Origin: Flaccisagitta enflata
Lineage: Eukaryota
Direction: 5' to 3'
Length of the DNA stretch: 64,000 bases
Assembly: GCA_965153355.1 (NCBI GenBank)
Contig: OZ231126.1
Coordinates: 43,834,001-43,898,000, forward strand
Position 1 is the stretch's first letter. The number at the start of each line of letters is the position of its first letter. A program made the position numbers and the translations under genes. The notes under the pieces are model-generated. The model saw only the letters and a list, made by a program, of their open reading frames with translations. It did no database searches and had not been told where the DNA came from. Below, in pieces: positions 13,171 to 32,794 of this stretch.

Positions 13171-13808
13171 TTCTCTCTCTCTCTCATCTTCTTTGAGATG
13201 CACCTGTAATGTACATGATTAAGAAAACTTTAAACAATTGCCAACGTGTGATGGTTTGTTTCATGGCTAAAATTGGTCATCTGGGCCCCTTAACAAGGCT
13301 TTGAAAAGGAACAAAGTTAGATACACGGTCAATGAGTAGTCACTGGCGGATGGACGGGGGCAGTATGTGGCAGAACAGGGGCTGTGATACTCAGAAATCT
13401 GTATTTCAGCCAATTTCGCATCATCCATACCCACAAATGGACAGACACAGCCCATTAAACTTTAAAGAGTTGCTTAGCCAGTGACTAAAAACATGGCACC
13501 TGTTGAAAATTCTGCATGTGACTGAGCGCCTCTAAAGTACAGAAACATGTATTCTTTTCAGAAATCACCATCATTGATCCCAAAGTGCGCGCGTTTGTCT
13601 CTTCTTATTCCCGGATTCCTAGAATTCCTAATTCCCATTGCAAAATATCGTTAGGCGCAGAAAAGGAGCCATTTTTGACAAAACAATAACCCCCTGTCTA
13701 CCCTTTCTTTTTAGATGCGTCCTCGCACCTCTGTAAGAGGTCATGTATGCCCGTTAGTTGGTCGGTTTTTCCGTCAGTTTACACCCGCGCGCGAGCGTGC
13801 GCGCGCGC

Positions 13809-14248
<440 letters not shown>

Positions 14249-14419
14249 GCCTTCATACCCTCCCTTCTTATGAGGCTCTTTTTCGGCCAATCTGGTTCAA
14301 TAACGTCTGTTCTGATCTTCCCGTGGAAGCGCCGTTATCGGTCCTCAGCACGTTGATGTAGATTCCTCAAGAAAGTTAACAGGCTAACTTTCATCAAAAA
14401 TTGCCACACAGAAATCACC

Positions 14420-14546
14420 TTTTTAGGTGCGACAAAGTACCTCTATAACTGGCTGTGTTGGTCAGTCAGTCGGTCTGTCGGTCTGTCGGTAACGCATTCG
14501 TTCGACGATCCACATGTCGCACCTTATTGGCCTACTTGGCCTTTTT
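14420..14546 (+). mobile_element. HINE family C (AGGTGCG sub-TIR); truncated copies at ~19656 and ~22507
   Basis: TTTTTAGGTGCGACAAAGTACCT...TGTCGCACCT sub-TIR, GGCCTACTTGGCC hairpin, T tail. Confidence 0.8.
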
Positions 14547-14896
14547 TACTCTACAGACATCTCTTCAGTTCCTTTGTTGAGTGGATTGACTCATCAGTAG
14601 GCCCTATTGGCTTCGTTATGTTTGTAATAACAATGAGTGCGAGCTAAATGTTGCTTGACTTGTTTCTCTTTTGAAACAACACGTCCAGGAATAAACCCTA
14701 TGTTGCAGGGGTGTATATAATTGAGTGGCTTTTGATTTTCCCCCCCCCCTGCCTTTTCTCCCCCATGATGCATCGCATTGCGTTGAAAAATCTATGATTT
14801 TCTTTGTAATAAAGCAATAAAACAGTGTATTTAAGGTTTGAATAGTGTTAAATTGTGTTTTACTAATCAAGTTTTATGATTTAGTACTGCCAAAAG

Positions 14897-16030
14897 TAGC
14901 CAGGAGTTGTCAAACATCAAAAATGTATTTTTGATCATTTTTTTGGTTGCTATGTGCTCATATGTATCCAGTAAGATGTTATCAAGCGATTTTTTCTTAT
15001 GCGGATGTTACTAAATATGGTCAATTGCACTTAATTCAACGTCAATTGGCCATTTTTTTTTGTTTTCATTAAAATCGTCATTATCCTCCCCTAAAAATGC
15101 GAATTTCAAACTGAAACTGAGACTGTTGCTTCTAAACAACATCTACTACCATCATCTAAAATGTTGTGAAATTTGAAAGTCATTAATATGCATATGCTCA
15201 TGCAAATTAGTCGCTCAGACTAATTTGCATATGAAAAGACAGCCTTTAAAAGGCATGCTGCACTAAGCTGCAGGGAGAAAATCAATATGACGGAAAATTT
15301 ATGAAGGAAAATGAAGTGTTTCACAATACTTTTTGCATCATTATCAGGACAATAATGAAGCTGGAATGCTTTTAGTGGACAAATTGTCTCTAAGGATACT
15401 TGGTGCATACATTTTTATCATATTCTGACTTAAAATGCAATTTGAACCATGCGATTCACATGAAAACAAGCAAGAAAATGATGATTTTTAGTGATTTTCT
15501 GCTTACACTTTTTTTCATTTTCTGAGGTTGAAATTCTAAGAAAGCCAAATACAAAGAAATTTTGCATTTTGAAAAACATAGTTCTCTCTGTAATCGATTT
15601 GGGAAGAGAACTATGTTCTTTGTTTTTTCATTTTTTCATATCCTATGCAAATTTAGAATTTCAACCAGCCCCCTGTCAGTGACCAAAAATAAAATAAGTA
15701 CAAATTTTCAAAGTAATTTTTGTGGTAACATTAGCTAAACTTGATCTTTTTGCTGAATCAATGCAAATTTTTCTTTTAAATATCATATCTGAACCATCCC
15801 AATCATCTTTATTCACTTATTTCTGCATTTTCATTTATACATTTTTTTCTATTTTGATCTTCTTTGAAACACAAATGTTGCCTTCGGAGGGAAGCCGTCA
15901 TAAGGTGAACGGCTTTCAATCACATCTCTGCTTTTGTTTCCTAGAAAAAAGTTACAGATAGTTACCGGAATATTGAGGTTTTGGTTGACAAAAAATGATA
16001 TAGTTGAATCGATCCCACTCCCGGTGGCTA
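14897..16030. mobile_element. TAGCCA...TGGCTA element with apparent 7-bp TSD
   Basis: CCAAAAG on both sides; the empty site is visible in the 30917 copy (ctgtcaaaagttata on the minus strand). Confidence 0.75.
15286..15902 (+). mobile_element. ~620-bp element with short TATGACGG/CCGTCATA termini, copy 1
   Basis: Homologous along its length to 16334-16948 in inverse orientation; homology stops at the termini. Confidence 0.75.
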
Positions 16031-16333
16031 CCAAAAGTTATATTTTCCCTAATTTTTCTTTTTTTTCTCTTTTTCCCCCTTCCTTTCCCTTCCCCATCAC
16101 CAAACCCTTTGATTCCTCCCCCCGGCCCCGGGGGGGGGGGGGGAACTCAATTATATACAGGCCTGCTATGTTGTAAATGAACCTCAAGACCAAAGTCAGT
16201 GGAATGTCTTATCTAGCGCATTAGCTACATATAAAGCCAAAAAACAAAAAACAGTGATCAATATCACCGTCTCATCTCTGTTTCTCATAAACTCTGCTGT
16301 ATTTTTGCAAACAGTCCATAAATGTTTTCTACC

Positions 16334-16948
16334 TATGACGGCTTCCCTCCGAAGGCAACATTTGTGTTTCAAAGAAGGTAGAAATAGAAAAAATATATAA
16401 ATGAAAATGTAAAAATTAATGAGTAAAAGCGATCGAGATGGCTCAGACATAATGTCTGAAAGAAAAATTTGCATTGATTTAGCAAGAGGACCAAGTTTAG
16501 CCAATATTACCAAAAAGATTGTTAAAAAAATTTGTACTTATTTTATTTTTGTCATTGACAGGGGACTGGTTGAAATTCTAAATTTGCATAGGAAATGAAA
16601 AAATGAGAAAACAAAGAACATAGTTCTCTTCCCAAATCAATTACAGAGAGAACTATGTTTTTCAAAATGCAAAATTTACCTGTGCTTGGCTTTCTTAGAA
16701 TTTCAACCTCAGGGAATGAAAAAAAGTGTAAGCAGAAATTCACTAAAAACCATCATTTTCATGCCTGTTTTCATGTGAATCGCACAGTTCAAATTACATT
16801 TTAAGTCACAATATGATAAAAATGTATGCACCAAGTGTCTTTAGAGACAATTTGTCCATTAAAGGCATTCCTGCTTTATTGTAGCCCTGATAATAATGCA
16901 AAAAGTATGGTGAAACACTTCATTTTCCTTCATAAATTTTCCGTCCTA
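16334..16948 (-). mobile_element. ~620-bp TATGACGG-terminus element, copy 2
   Basis: Diverged reverse complement of 15286-15902 (ORF-track pairs 15220/16826 and 15491/16552 show it). Confidence 0.75.
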
Positions 16949-17262
16949 TGTAGGGTTTACTTTCCTGATTTATCCCAAACATTTTCATCCCATAAACCGA
17001 TTCTCGTTTTTGAGGCTTCCCCAGCTTGAAGCCTTCCGAAGTCGATTTGTTTTTGTTTCCTCCTCGACCTTTCTTCATTCTCTAAACGCCCGTCGGGGGC
17101 CTCCCTATGAGCCAGCAATAACTGGTCTTCCAGAGAAAACAAGGACAAGTAGGCCAGCAAGTGCACCATTCGGAATTCTGTTAGTGACGGGGTTCGTTAG
17201 AGCGGGCGTCAACCGCATCATTACCGTACTCTCTCTTACCCCGTTCCTTCCTATCTTCCTTC

Positions 17263-22959
<5,697 letters not shown>

Positions 22960-23930
22960 ACACAATAGAATTCAAAAAAAGAAAAGGAAAGAGTGGAAGT
23001 AAAAAAAAACAACAACAATGCCATATGAGAAAGAAAAGGAAAAAGAGAGAGGGTGAAAACTTGCTCATTAATCATTCGATTTTCAAATCACAAAACAATA
23101 TCTGTCTAGAGGTGAGCTCAAATCATTCTAACGCAGTGTATGGGAATCACTGCATCAAACACTCCAATGGATGAAAAAGCGCTTACAGTAAACAATGCAA
23201 ACAATGTAAATACCTCGGTAAATCGGTCTATCGGACTGACTGTTTAATGTTTGTCTGTGTGTTTGCTTTGTCAGCTTAAACAACGTAAGGGGTGGTCAGC
23301 TCAGCAAAATGAGGGCATCTGGTAAGGGGTGGTCAGCACAACCAATTGGAGTTATTAGGTCAGGGGCGGACAGCACAACAAAAAGAGGACGGGGAACTGC
23401 AATGAGCGAAGAGTTTTATCTCTTTAAAAGTTTGTAACATCTCTTCTCATAGTTTTAAAAAGTTAAAGGGAAAATGTTGTCTGCCAAACAGGTAACAAAG
23501 ATTGCCGCCATAAAATGAAACGTTTGGGCTGGTTTGGATTTACTCATTCTCACTGAACAGTCCGTGTTCAAAAAAGGAATTGCAAAGATACGCTTCGTCA
23601 GGGTTCGACAAAAATTTTTGCTGCCTACAAGCAACATTTTCTTACCAGCTTCTGCCTACAAAATCTTTATGAATATCTTTATTGTATGATATCCTAAAAA
23701 TGGATCATATATCTAACTGTGCAATCAAATCAAACAAAATCTTTTCAAATCCTTTGTAAGCAAGGACACTTTTTGCTTTCCAAATCTTTTCAGTTTCTTT
23801 TTTTTTCTTTTTTTTATCATGTTTTTAAAAATATTGTTTCAGTCTTCCTGCCTACAAAATCAGCGCTTCGTCCCAAAAATATAGATTAGAAAAAGGTTCC
23901 TACAAGTTTTAACGGTTGCGAATAACCTAA

Positions 23931-24145
23931 TTTTTAGTTGCGGACACGCAACTCTATAAAAGGCTTTGTCCGTCCGCCCGTCGGTCCGTCGGTTGGTCCG
24001 TCCGTCCGTTGGTCCATCCGTCCATTGGTTCATCGGTCCATCGGTCCGTTGGTCCGTCCGTCAGCATGAGTCAAAAAGTGGGTAAACGCGCATATCCGCC
24101 CCTGCCCACCCGTCCGCAACTGGTGGCCGTGTATCCGGCCTTGTT
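23931..24145 (+). mobile_element. HINE family A (AGTTGCG variant)
   Basis: TTTTTAGTTGCGGACACGCAACT...(GTCC)n...CCGCAACT...GGCCGTGTATCCGGCCTTGTT. Confidence 0.85.
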
Positions 24146-24700
24146 GTATAAGATGTGGTTTGAATATTTTCGATTGCTTAGGTTTGTAAAAAAAATCCAC
24201 TTCTAGTAAGTTTCAAAATCTATAGAAAAAGAGCCATGGAGTATGGATTCCACAATAAAATACAATAATTCAATGGGAATCAAAATTTCTAAAGAACAGC
24301 GAGGCAGCAAATGTTAACTAAAGAATCGGTCGTCATCATTTTGTCCAATGACTGCGACCAAAACGCGAGTGATTTACTGGTTTTCCCGTGTCTTTTCATT
24401 ACTGAGATTCGATTCCGCGAAGGGAAACACGGTTAATTCTCCTCTCGAAAGTGTTTCAACATCGTAAAAAACGCCATTTCAAGCCGAATTTGCCTACAAA
24501 TAAGGGGCCATTTCTGGGTTTATGTGCGCCACTCAATCTGAGTCTGCGGGTCTGGTCGATGCCACATCGACGCTTTTCGCCGATGACACTCAATGACATC
24601 GATTTTTGTTTCAAATGTGCTCCTTTTTTTATGACCCTTCATTTCCGATCTACGGACCCACATATGGTTGTGTGTGTTTTTAGTGTGTCATTGAGTTTGT

Positions 24701-24817
<117 letters not shown>

Positions 24818-25340
24818 TGTGTGTTTGTGTGTGAGTGTGTATTTATGTAGTACTGTAGTGCTGCCCCTGCCCAACCGTCCGGGACTTTTGCCCTGTGTTG
24901 GGCTTGTTCTTTTTGCTCTCTGTTTTCTCTTTCTTCTGTTCTAACCATACAGATTTTCTTTATAATCATCTAATCATGTCATTTTATCCCAATCTCCATC
25001 GCCATTCTCTATCTTTTTCATGTCTTTCATTTTTCTCCAATCTCCGTCTTCTTCTCCGGAATCTACTCATCTACTTCTTTTCTCATTCTTTTTGCACCTA
25101 CATCGCTTTTTTTCTCCACTGGAGAAGATTCCTTTTTAAGATAAATGATGATGACTAAGGAATGCAGATTTGAGGGATCAATGCAATTCAATGGTGGTTC
25201 TACTTCACTCAAATCACAATCTTGCCAAAAAGTATAAAGACACCTAGGCAATTTACTGATCAATTCACCATGTGTTGACCAAAATATAATACTGAAAATC
25301 CATACAGCTTTTTATATTGTAAAAAATGATATAATTTCAC

Positions 25341-26316
25341 CTAAGCCGGATCAACAAGGCGCGGGGCCCTAAGCTAGGCTAGGGGCGCGGGGCCCCCTCA
25401 CCCCCCCTCTTTCCACACCCTGCTAGCCCTCCCCTTTTTGCCCCCCCCCAGTTTACCCAATAACTCGAAACCAGTCGATTAAAATTTTGTCTAGTTTGCA
25501 CAACTTCCTGTCTGCCTAAAATTGACATATTTAAAGAACTCAAAACAGATGAAACAACAAAATATGACAACACCATTACAGTTAAGCATATCATCTTTCT
25601 TTTTGGGCAGCGGCCCTGGAGGGGCCAATAGCCTATGATTCCACAAAGAGCAATTTTCTTCGGTTTCCGGCTTATGTATGTCCCCCCCTAGCCTAAAAAC
25701 CGGCTTCTCAGACCCTAAATCAAATCTTTCAGACCCCAAATCAAACCTTTTTTACACCCAAGTTGGCCTCTCAGACCCCAAATCATGCCACCCAGACCTA
25801 AAATCAGGCCTCTCAGACCCCAAATTAGGCCTTTCAGACCCCAAATTAGACCCCTCAGACCCCAAATCAGGCCTTTCAGACCCCAGATCAATCCTCACAG
25901 ACCCCAAACCACACCTCTCAGACCCAAAATCAGGCCTGTAAGCTCCCTAAAACAGCTTCTCAAACCGGAGAAAATTGTCCTCTGTGGAATCATAGGTCAT
26001 TGGCCCCTCTCATCATCTCCTCCCCTCATACACTAGCTATGGGGCATCGGGTACCGCTGACCATGTAATGCTTTTGCGATTATTTTTTTTTTTTTTCTTT
26101 CTTTCTTTCTTTCTTTCTTTTTCTTTCTTTTTCTTTTTCTTTCTTTCTTTCTTTTTCTTTCTTTCTTTTTCTTTCATTCTTTTTCTTTCTTTCTTTTTCT
26201 TTCTTTCTTTTTTTTCCTCTTTTTTTTCTAGGGGTAGGTGCTGCAGGCGCGGGGCCCCCCTGAGGCGCGGGGCCCTAAGCTATAGCTTTTTTAGCCTATT
26301 TGTTGATCCGGCATAG
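25341..26316. mobile_element. hAT-type MITE with GGCGCGGGGCCC subterminal repeats, hosting a family E element
   Basis: 8-bp TSD AATTTCAC; CTAAGCCGGATCAACA...TGTTGATCCGGCATAG. Confidence 0.85.
25600..26085 (+). mobile_element. HINE-like family E with 21-bp tandem-repeat core
   Basis: TTTTTGGGCAGCGGCCC 5' end, inverted repeat (CCTATGATTCCACA / TGTGGAATCATAGG), about 11 CTCTCAGACCCCAAATCAGGC-like units, GGGCATCGGGTACCGCTGACCAT 3' module. Confidence 0.75.
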
Positions 26317-26833
26317 AATTTCACAGCTCTTAAACAAACTTTGCTGAACTTATCATTTTTGATATAGGTTTATTGTTTTGCTTGTAACTTCTAAACAATT
26401 GAAGCTACAGAAACCAGATTGCGCTCATCTTGAAGCTTTTTTGATGAAGATTATTTTGCTTTTTTTTAAGTTTCTAGCTTTTGTAAAAGCCAAGATATTC
26501 TTAATAGATCAAGAAATTGACTTCTTTATTCTTGATTTTTTTTTTTTTTTTTTTTTTGCATTTTTAAAAATTAATTTTTTCATTATTTTGCAAAAGCTAC
26601 AGGAACCAGATTGCATTCATTTTGAAGATAATTTGACAAAGATTAATTTCCTTTTTTTTTAAGATGGCCTATAGAAAATTTTCAAATCGCGCACAAAAAA
26701 ATTAGTAGATAGCCCTGGTGGTGCTGATTCCAAATCTGTGCCCATTTACCTTTGCATGAACATTAAGTACCTCAAAAAACCTCAAGTAGGTTTTCTTGGA
26801 TCACTAGCTTGGAGGAGCAATAGAAAAAAATAA

Positions 26834-27030
26834 GTACAGCCAGGTACACGGCAATTATAGTCGCGGGTGGGCAGGGGCAGTGATGTGACAGGACATTCAA
26901 GCACTTTAGTAGGAGCGACGATGCAAAAAATGCAAAATTCTGACAAACGAGACTGACCAATGAACCAACCAACCAACAGACAGACCAACGACCCCCGTGG
27001 CTTATAGAGTCATGTGGCACGTGATAAAAA
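26834..27030 (-). mobile_element. HINE family A, degenerate
   Basis: GCCAGGTACACGGC...AGTCGCGGGTGGGCAGGGGC...CTTATAGAGTCATGTGGCACGTGATAAAAA. Confidence 0.7.
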
Positions 27031-27285
27031 CGAGGCTTGTGGGTGGGCAGGAGCACTGATGTAGAAGACCATTCAGGCACTCAGGCTGGTCCAGCGACAT
27101 AAAACCGCAAAACTCGACGTACATGATGAACCAACAAACGGAGTGACCAACCCACGGACACTGCTCAATAATCCTGATGCATCACGGCCTCTTCTAATCT
27201 GTAGGTTTATCTATCTATCTATCTATCTATCTGTATTTATCTATCGACCAATCACGGGCTACCCCAACTCTACATCAATTGAGTA

Positions 27286-27881
27286 CAGTACGATGGGAGC
27301 AAAGACGACCTAGACTGGAGGATAGATTTTAGGTATTTTGATTTTATTTGATGCATAAAAAAATCAAGATCTATGTTTGTTAATGGTTGCTTTATTGCTT
27401 AAATATATCGGCTTCTCTTATTTTTCAACTTGTTACTTGACTACATCAGGATTTCATTTTTCAATGTTTTTACCTAGCTCATCAAATCACGCAGAAAATT
27501 TTATACAATTTTGAAAAAAATCAGCTCAATCGGACTATTTTTACAGGTTTTATGTCTGTTTTAAGCTTCGCCCAGATATCAATTTACATAATTCTTCTTC
27601 TTGAAAAATAGCTGTAAAACCAGTAAAAATAGTCCGATTGAGCTGATTTTTTTTCAAGATTTTATAAAATTTTTAGCCTGATCTGATGGGCCAGGTTAAA
27701 ACGCTGAAAAATGAAGTCCGGATGATGTCAAGTCACAAGTTGAAGAATGAGAAAAGCTAACATATTCAAGTAATAAAGCAACCTTTAATTAGCATAAATC
27801 TGAATTTTTTATAAATCAAATAAGATCAAAATACCTAAAATCTATCCTCCAGTATAGGTCGTCTTTGCTCCCATCGTACTG
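27286..27881. mobile_element. Tc1/mariner-type foldback MITE; second copy at 61810-62410
   Basis: TA|CAGTACGATGGGAGCAAAGACGACCTA ... TAGGTCGTCTTTGCTCCCATCGTACTG|TA; nearly the whole length is palindromic. Confidence 0.9.
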
Positions 27882-27921
27882 TATTTATCTATCTTTTTAG
27901 AGAGAGATAAACCTATCAAGC

Positions 27922-28007
<86 letters not shown>

Positions 28008-28380
28008 TGCGTGTACGTGCGTGCATGCATGCATGTGCGCATTTGCTTCAACGTGAACAAGCCTTAGAGGGCAACAATTTCAAGCTACGTGTTTCACTAT
28101 AACACATTGTCGGTAAATTACATGATTTCATAATAACACAGAAATATTCCAAAATCACTTATAGGAATAATAGAAATTAGGGTACGCGACGAGATATTTA
28201 AGGGGCAATCAGCCAGAAGTCCAATCTTTGGTGCCCTTTCCTTCTTTTCATTGTCGTTGTTGTAACTTTTTTTCGATGGGGGGGGGGGGGGGCTGTTGCA
28301 GAAATAAACGTTCCTGAAAGGAGCAAAGAGAAGTTTGAAAACCAAACTACTTAGTTACGACTTATGGAAAAAAAACTTTT

Positions 28381-28824
28381 TTTTAGCCGCGTGCACGCAA
28401 CTCTACAACCCGCTTTGTCCGTCGGTCAGTTGGTCGGTTGGTTGGTTGGTCGGTCACACCTTACTTTTTTTATGATTTTATTTCTCTGACCTCACTCCTC
28501 CTGCCAAAATGGTCTGGTGACCTCAAATATGGCCCCTGCCCACCCGCACGCGACTTCGGTAGCCGTGTATCCGGCCTTGTTAATTGTGGACACGCAACTC
28601 GATGATAGGCTTTAAAATCCATCCGTCAGTCCATCTGTTGGTCCGCCCGTTGATCTATTGTCCATTGGTCCAATGGTCCGTCACGGTTGAAAATGCAAAA
28701 AAAGAAAAAGCGCATTTTTTGTGCAGCAGTTGTGTGTGCGTGTGTGAGGGAGTTTGTAGGAGGGGGCTTGGATTTCCCAGGCCACCCGTCCGCAACAATA
28801 TTGTGACCCAGTGTCACTTGTTTT
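28381..28824 (+). mobile_element. Two HINEs head to tail (family A 28381-28582; family D 28581-28824)
   Basis: First ends GGCCTTGTT; second starts TTAATTGTGGACACGCAACT and ends in a GTGACCCAGTGTCAC hairpin plus TTGTT. Confidence 0.8.
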
Positions 28825-29350
28825 ATATCTAGGGTCAGTTATAGCGGGTTTAACTGTATTTCTAACAGGTTAAGCGGCAGACCTACAGTCAAATTGCAGA
28901 GGAACCAGAGACGGAGAGACAACTTTCTATAGGTGCAGGTGTATGAGGCTGTATAAAAAGATACTTCTTAGATCTTACCATATCTAATTTGCAAGAATAA
29001 CTCACCCGATATAGATTTCGGCCCAAGGCTATCGCCAGCGAAAGACCTGAATGAGAACATAAACATTTGTAAAAGCATTTTGGAATATTTCAAACATTGC
29101 ATCTTTATACCCCCATTGTCCAGACGATTCTTGTTATTTACCTTTTTGGCAATTTTCAGTTGTTCAAGGCATAGCTTTTCTTGCCCACGGTTTCTGCGTT
29201 AGCGCGATTCAATTCACATAGATGCATTGCAATACTCCAACCTGTTGCAATCGTACTTTTGAGTATCACATCGAAGCAGCAACGTTTTGCTTCGTCAATT
29301 GATGTGTTAGTTTATCAGAACATCGGACTGTTGTCCAAACTTATTGTCTA

Positions 29351-29479
<129 letters not shown>

Positions 29480-29496
29480 GTGTCGTTCTATCTGTC

Positions 29497-29585
<89 letters not shown>

Positions 29586-30916
29586 TACCCCCACCTCTTA
29601 TCATCGGCCTTGGTCCTGACGCATTCTCACGCCCAAGCGCATTCACGTCCATCAATTTATTTGTTGAATGAATAAAATCTTGCTTTATATCCAGTATCAA
29701 ATGAAAAATACTCCGACGAAAGAGAAAATCAAAGAAAGGAAGAAAAAAACTTGAGCTACTAAGGAACCGTTAGGGGGAAGAAATGTCAGCATCGGATAAT
29801 TTTACACCAACATTTTATGTTCGTTCCACTTATGAATCATGAAAAAATTGTCAATAAGCAGTGGATTGTGGGCTGGGTCGATTTCATTACTTGTGTCACA
29901 CCAATTATTGCAATACATTTCCTGGTTTTAGTCTCAACATGTACAGAACAAAAAAGTAGAAAATAAAAATTGACCCCAGCCCTACAAGGGTATGAAACTT
30001 TTTTCATCTCTTAAGTTAAGGGATAACACACCTTTTTATCAAAAAAAAATTTTCTAGTAGGGCTCGACCTGAAAGACGAGGTTTATCCCGGGCTATCAGT
30101 AAAGTGACGACTTTGCCGCTTTAGGGCAGTATAATTGGCCCTCTCAAGGTCTCCCTGTAAAAAAATCTCATGATCGATAGGCCTTCTTAAGTTTTTAGCT
30201 GTTCTATATTCTAGAGGTTGAGATATCTTTAGTTAAGGGTGTCGGCATACTGATTAGCAAGGTAGTATGACGATTGAGCATTGAGAGTTTTTTTGTGGAT
30301 GTACAGTTTGTGGCTTTCGTCGATAATGATTGAGGAATGACGATGTAGAGGATGAATGTGCTTCCACGTATGAATGATGATGATTGAGGAATGAAGATCT
30401 TGAGAATGAATGTTTTTCCGACGGATATCTCATTCAGCCGCAGAGGAGATCGTCTATTCAATGACTATCGCGATACCAAAACTCGTCCAAATCTAATCTG
30501 TCGCACGTCAGCGCAATGGTTGCACTGTGGGATGAACGTTATCATCCTGATGCATTTTTGTGGCACGTCAAAACAATAGTTCCACTGTGGGATGAACGTA
30601 ATCATCCTGATACATACTTGGAATGTTAAATGAGCACCCATGTAAGTTTTGATATGAACACATTTATCGTACAACCAATAAACATTTGCTTGTAGTTGGG
30701 CAGGGACAGTGCTAGCAAAGCTGAAAAACCACCACTGTATTTAGGCCAATTTTGCGTCATCTTAAAAATAAGATTACAAACTTACCTTCCTTTTGAGTTG
30801 CTTGGCAAGCAATTTAAAGTCCATTGAAAGCTGCTTATCCATATATGATGATCTTGATGCACTTTTGGTAGAAATGCGTTGGCTCCTCTGTGTCTTTTGG
30901 CCGATTGAAATCAATT

Positions 30917-31228
30917 CAGGCCTGTATATTATTGAGTTTCCCCCCCCCCCGGTGGGGGGGGAAAAAATCAAAGGGTCTGGAGATAGGGAAGGAAATCAAA
31001 GGGGAAAAAAAGAGAAAAAAAGGAAATTTAAGGAAAATATAACTTTTGACAGTACTAAATCATAAAACACAATCAGTAAAACACAATTTAACACTATTTA
31101 AACCTTAACTACATTGTTTTATTGCTATATGGGGAAGAAAATCATAGATATAAAAACGCGTCGCGGGGAAGAAAATCAAAGGCAGGGGGGGAAAAAAATC
31201 AAAAGCGACTCAATAATATACACCCCTG
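30917..31228. mobile_element. hAT-type MITE (empty copy of the 14706 family) inserted in a relic exon
   Basis: CAGGCCTGTATATTATTGAG...CTCAATAATATACACCCCTG; CAATT on both flanks. Confidence 0.85.
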
Positions 31229-31949
31229 CAATTGCAATCTTGATTTAAATGCTGATCTTGGACCAGTTCATAACCCACATATATTTGATGATTCTGCCAA
31301 CAAAATGTAGTAAAAAAGATATTATCAGAGTATATGACTGAGGGGAAGAACAGATAGCACAATAGTTGACTTATGCAAATAGTATGAATACTTAGCAATG
31401 GGTTTGGCAACCAATTTCCTAAAGTTTCATCCATTAGTGGGGTCGTTATTCTCCTGGATTCTCCTAGTCACTTCGGAAGTTGATATTCACTATGGCTGAG
31501 GATGAGACAAACTATTATTCTATGGATAGACATTCCACCCTATTCAAGCTTGCTTGAGCTGCAAGTTATGCTTGCAACTCTTCCCCCTTCTTCAGTCATA
31601 AAGCCACTAGCTTTTTTTTTGATAACTACTTTGTATTCTGTTCCTTCTTCTTTTTTTAAGTGCCAATTCGAACCTCCATTCCTTTACGATCAAGCCTAAG
31701 TTTATGTTGTGGAATGAAAATTACCGAGGGGCTCAAATTTCTTAACCACTCCAATCTTTTGCATCGAACCAGCCTTTACATCAGTTACGTAATTTCAAAA
31801 ACAATTCTATAAACCTACCAAACAACCGTCATTTGTGCACCGTTTCTAAGACGAACTGTTTATCAGGCCGTTTGATTTCAAATTGTTTGTATTGAATCAT
31901 CAGCACACTCGGTCACTTGCGCATTAGACAGCAAAGATGAATGAAACTA

Positions 31950-32120
31950 CATTTGAACCCCGCAATAACGGATATCAAGGGACTAACAAATCTCATACAC
32001 TAAAGGTAGATTATTTTTGCTAATTTAGAAATTAAAACATATTGACATAAAAGGATCACATTCTTATATCTGTTTTAAGCGTCTGTTTTCTCTCAGATCC
32101 GTTATAGCGAGGTGTAACAG
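31950..32120. mobile_element. Degenerate pogo/Tigger-like MITE
   Basis: TA|CATTTGAACCCCGCAATAACGGAT ... ATCCGTTATAGCGAGGTGTAACAG|TA; a right-end remnant also lies at ~28838-28858. Confidence 0.6.
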
Positions 32121-32726
32121 TAGTTTTTTGTCCTGATATTGACAGATCCAGTCCGCGGAGCTCACCACCCGCTGTCTTCCAAGACCTTTTTGTTCTTCTG
32201 TTCTTCTTTTTTTTTCTTCCATTTTTTCCCTATACCCATTGAGCCATTGTAATGTCGTTCACTCAATTGGTTGATTCGTTTCCCCTGACACGCTCGTATT
32301 TTTCCTCCATTTTCGAGTCTCTCCTCCATTGTTCGCTTTTCTTTTTACATTCTTCTTTTTAAGATGTTTTTTTTCGGCATCTCCATTTCAAACTTGTTTT
32401 TAGATGCGTCCTGGCATCTCTTTAAGACGGTGTATCCGTCCGTCCGTCTGTCTGTCTATCTCTCTGTCTGAAGGAAGATCCATAACGCGAAAATTTCTTG
32501 ACATGATTTTGAGGTTTTTCTCTTGATTTCTTTATCAGTCATCACTTATGAATCTCTTTTATCGAAAGAACACGCATTTATTGGAGATCTCTTGGCCTTG
32601 TTTTCCTTCTTGCCATTTCAATATGTTTTCTTTTTTTCTTCCTTCCTTTCTTTTTTTTTCCATTTTTTTCATTCACGGGGGACCCAATATGTTACAGCAC
32701 ACTTTTGGACGGAGGGAGGGAAGGAG

Positions 32727-32794
<68 letters not shown>

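Larger units (their letters stand above)
14706..16165. mobile_element. hAT-type MITE expanded by two nested inserts; empty copy at 30917-31228
   Basis: 8-bp TSD CTATGTTG; CAGGGGTGTATATAATTGAGT...ACTCAATTATATACAGGCCTG. Confidence 0.9.

Noticed and set aside
23599-23930. Possible MITE with repeated GCCTACAA motifs
   Set aside because: No convincing TIR pair or TSD
29007-29047. Minus-strand micro-exon with good splice sites
   Set aside because: The same bases give a strong FN3 motif on the + strand, so the splice-like sites are probably chance
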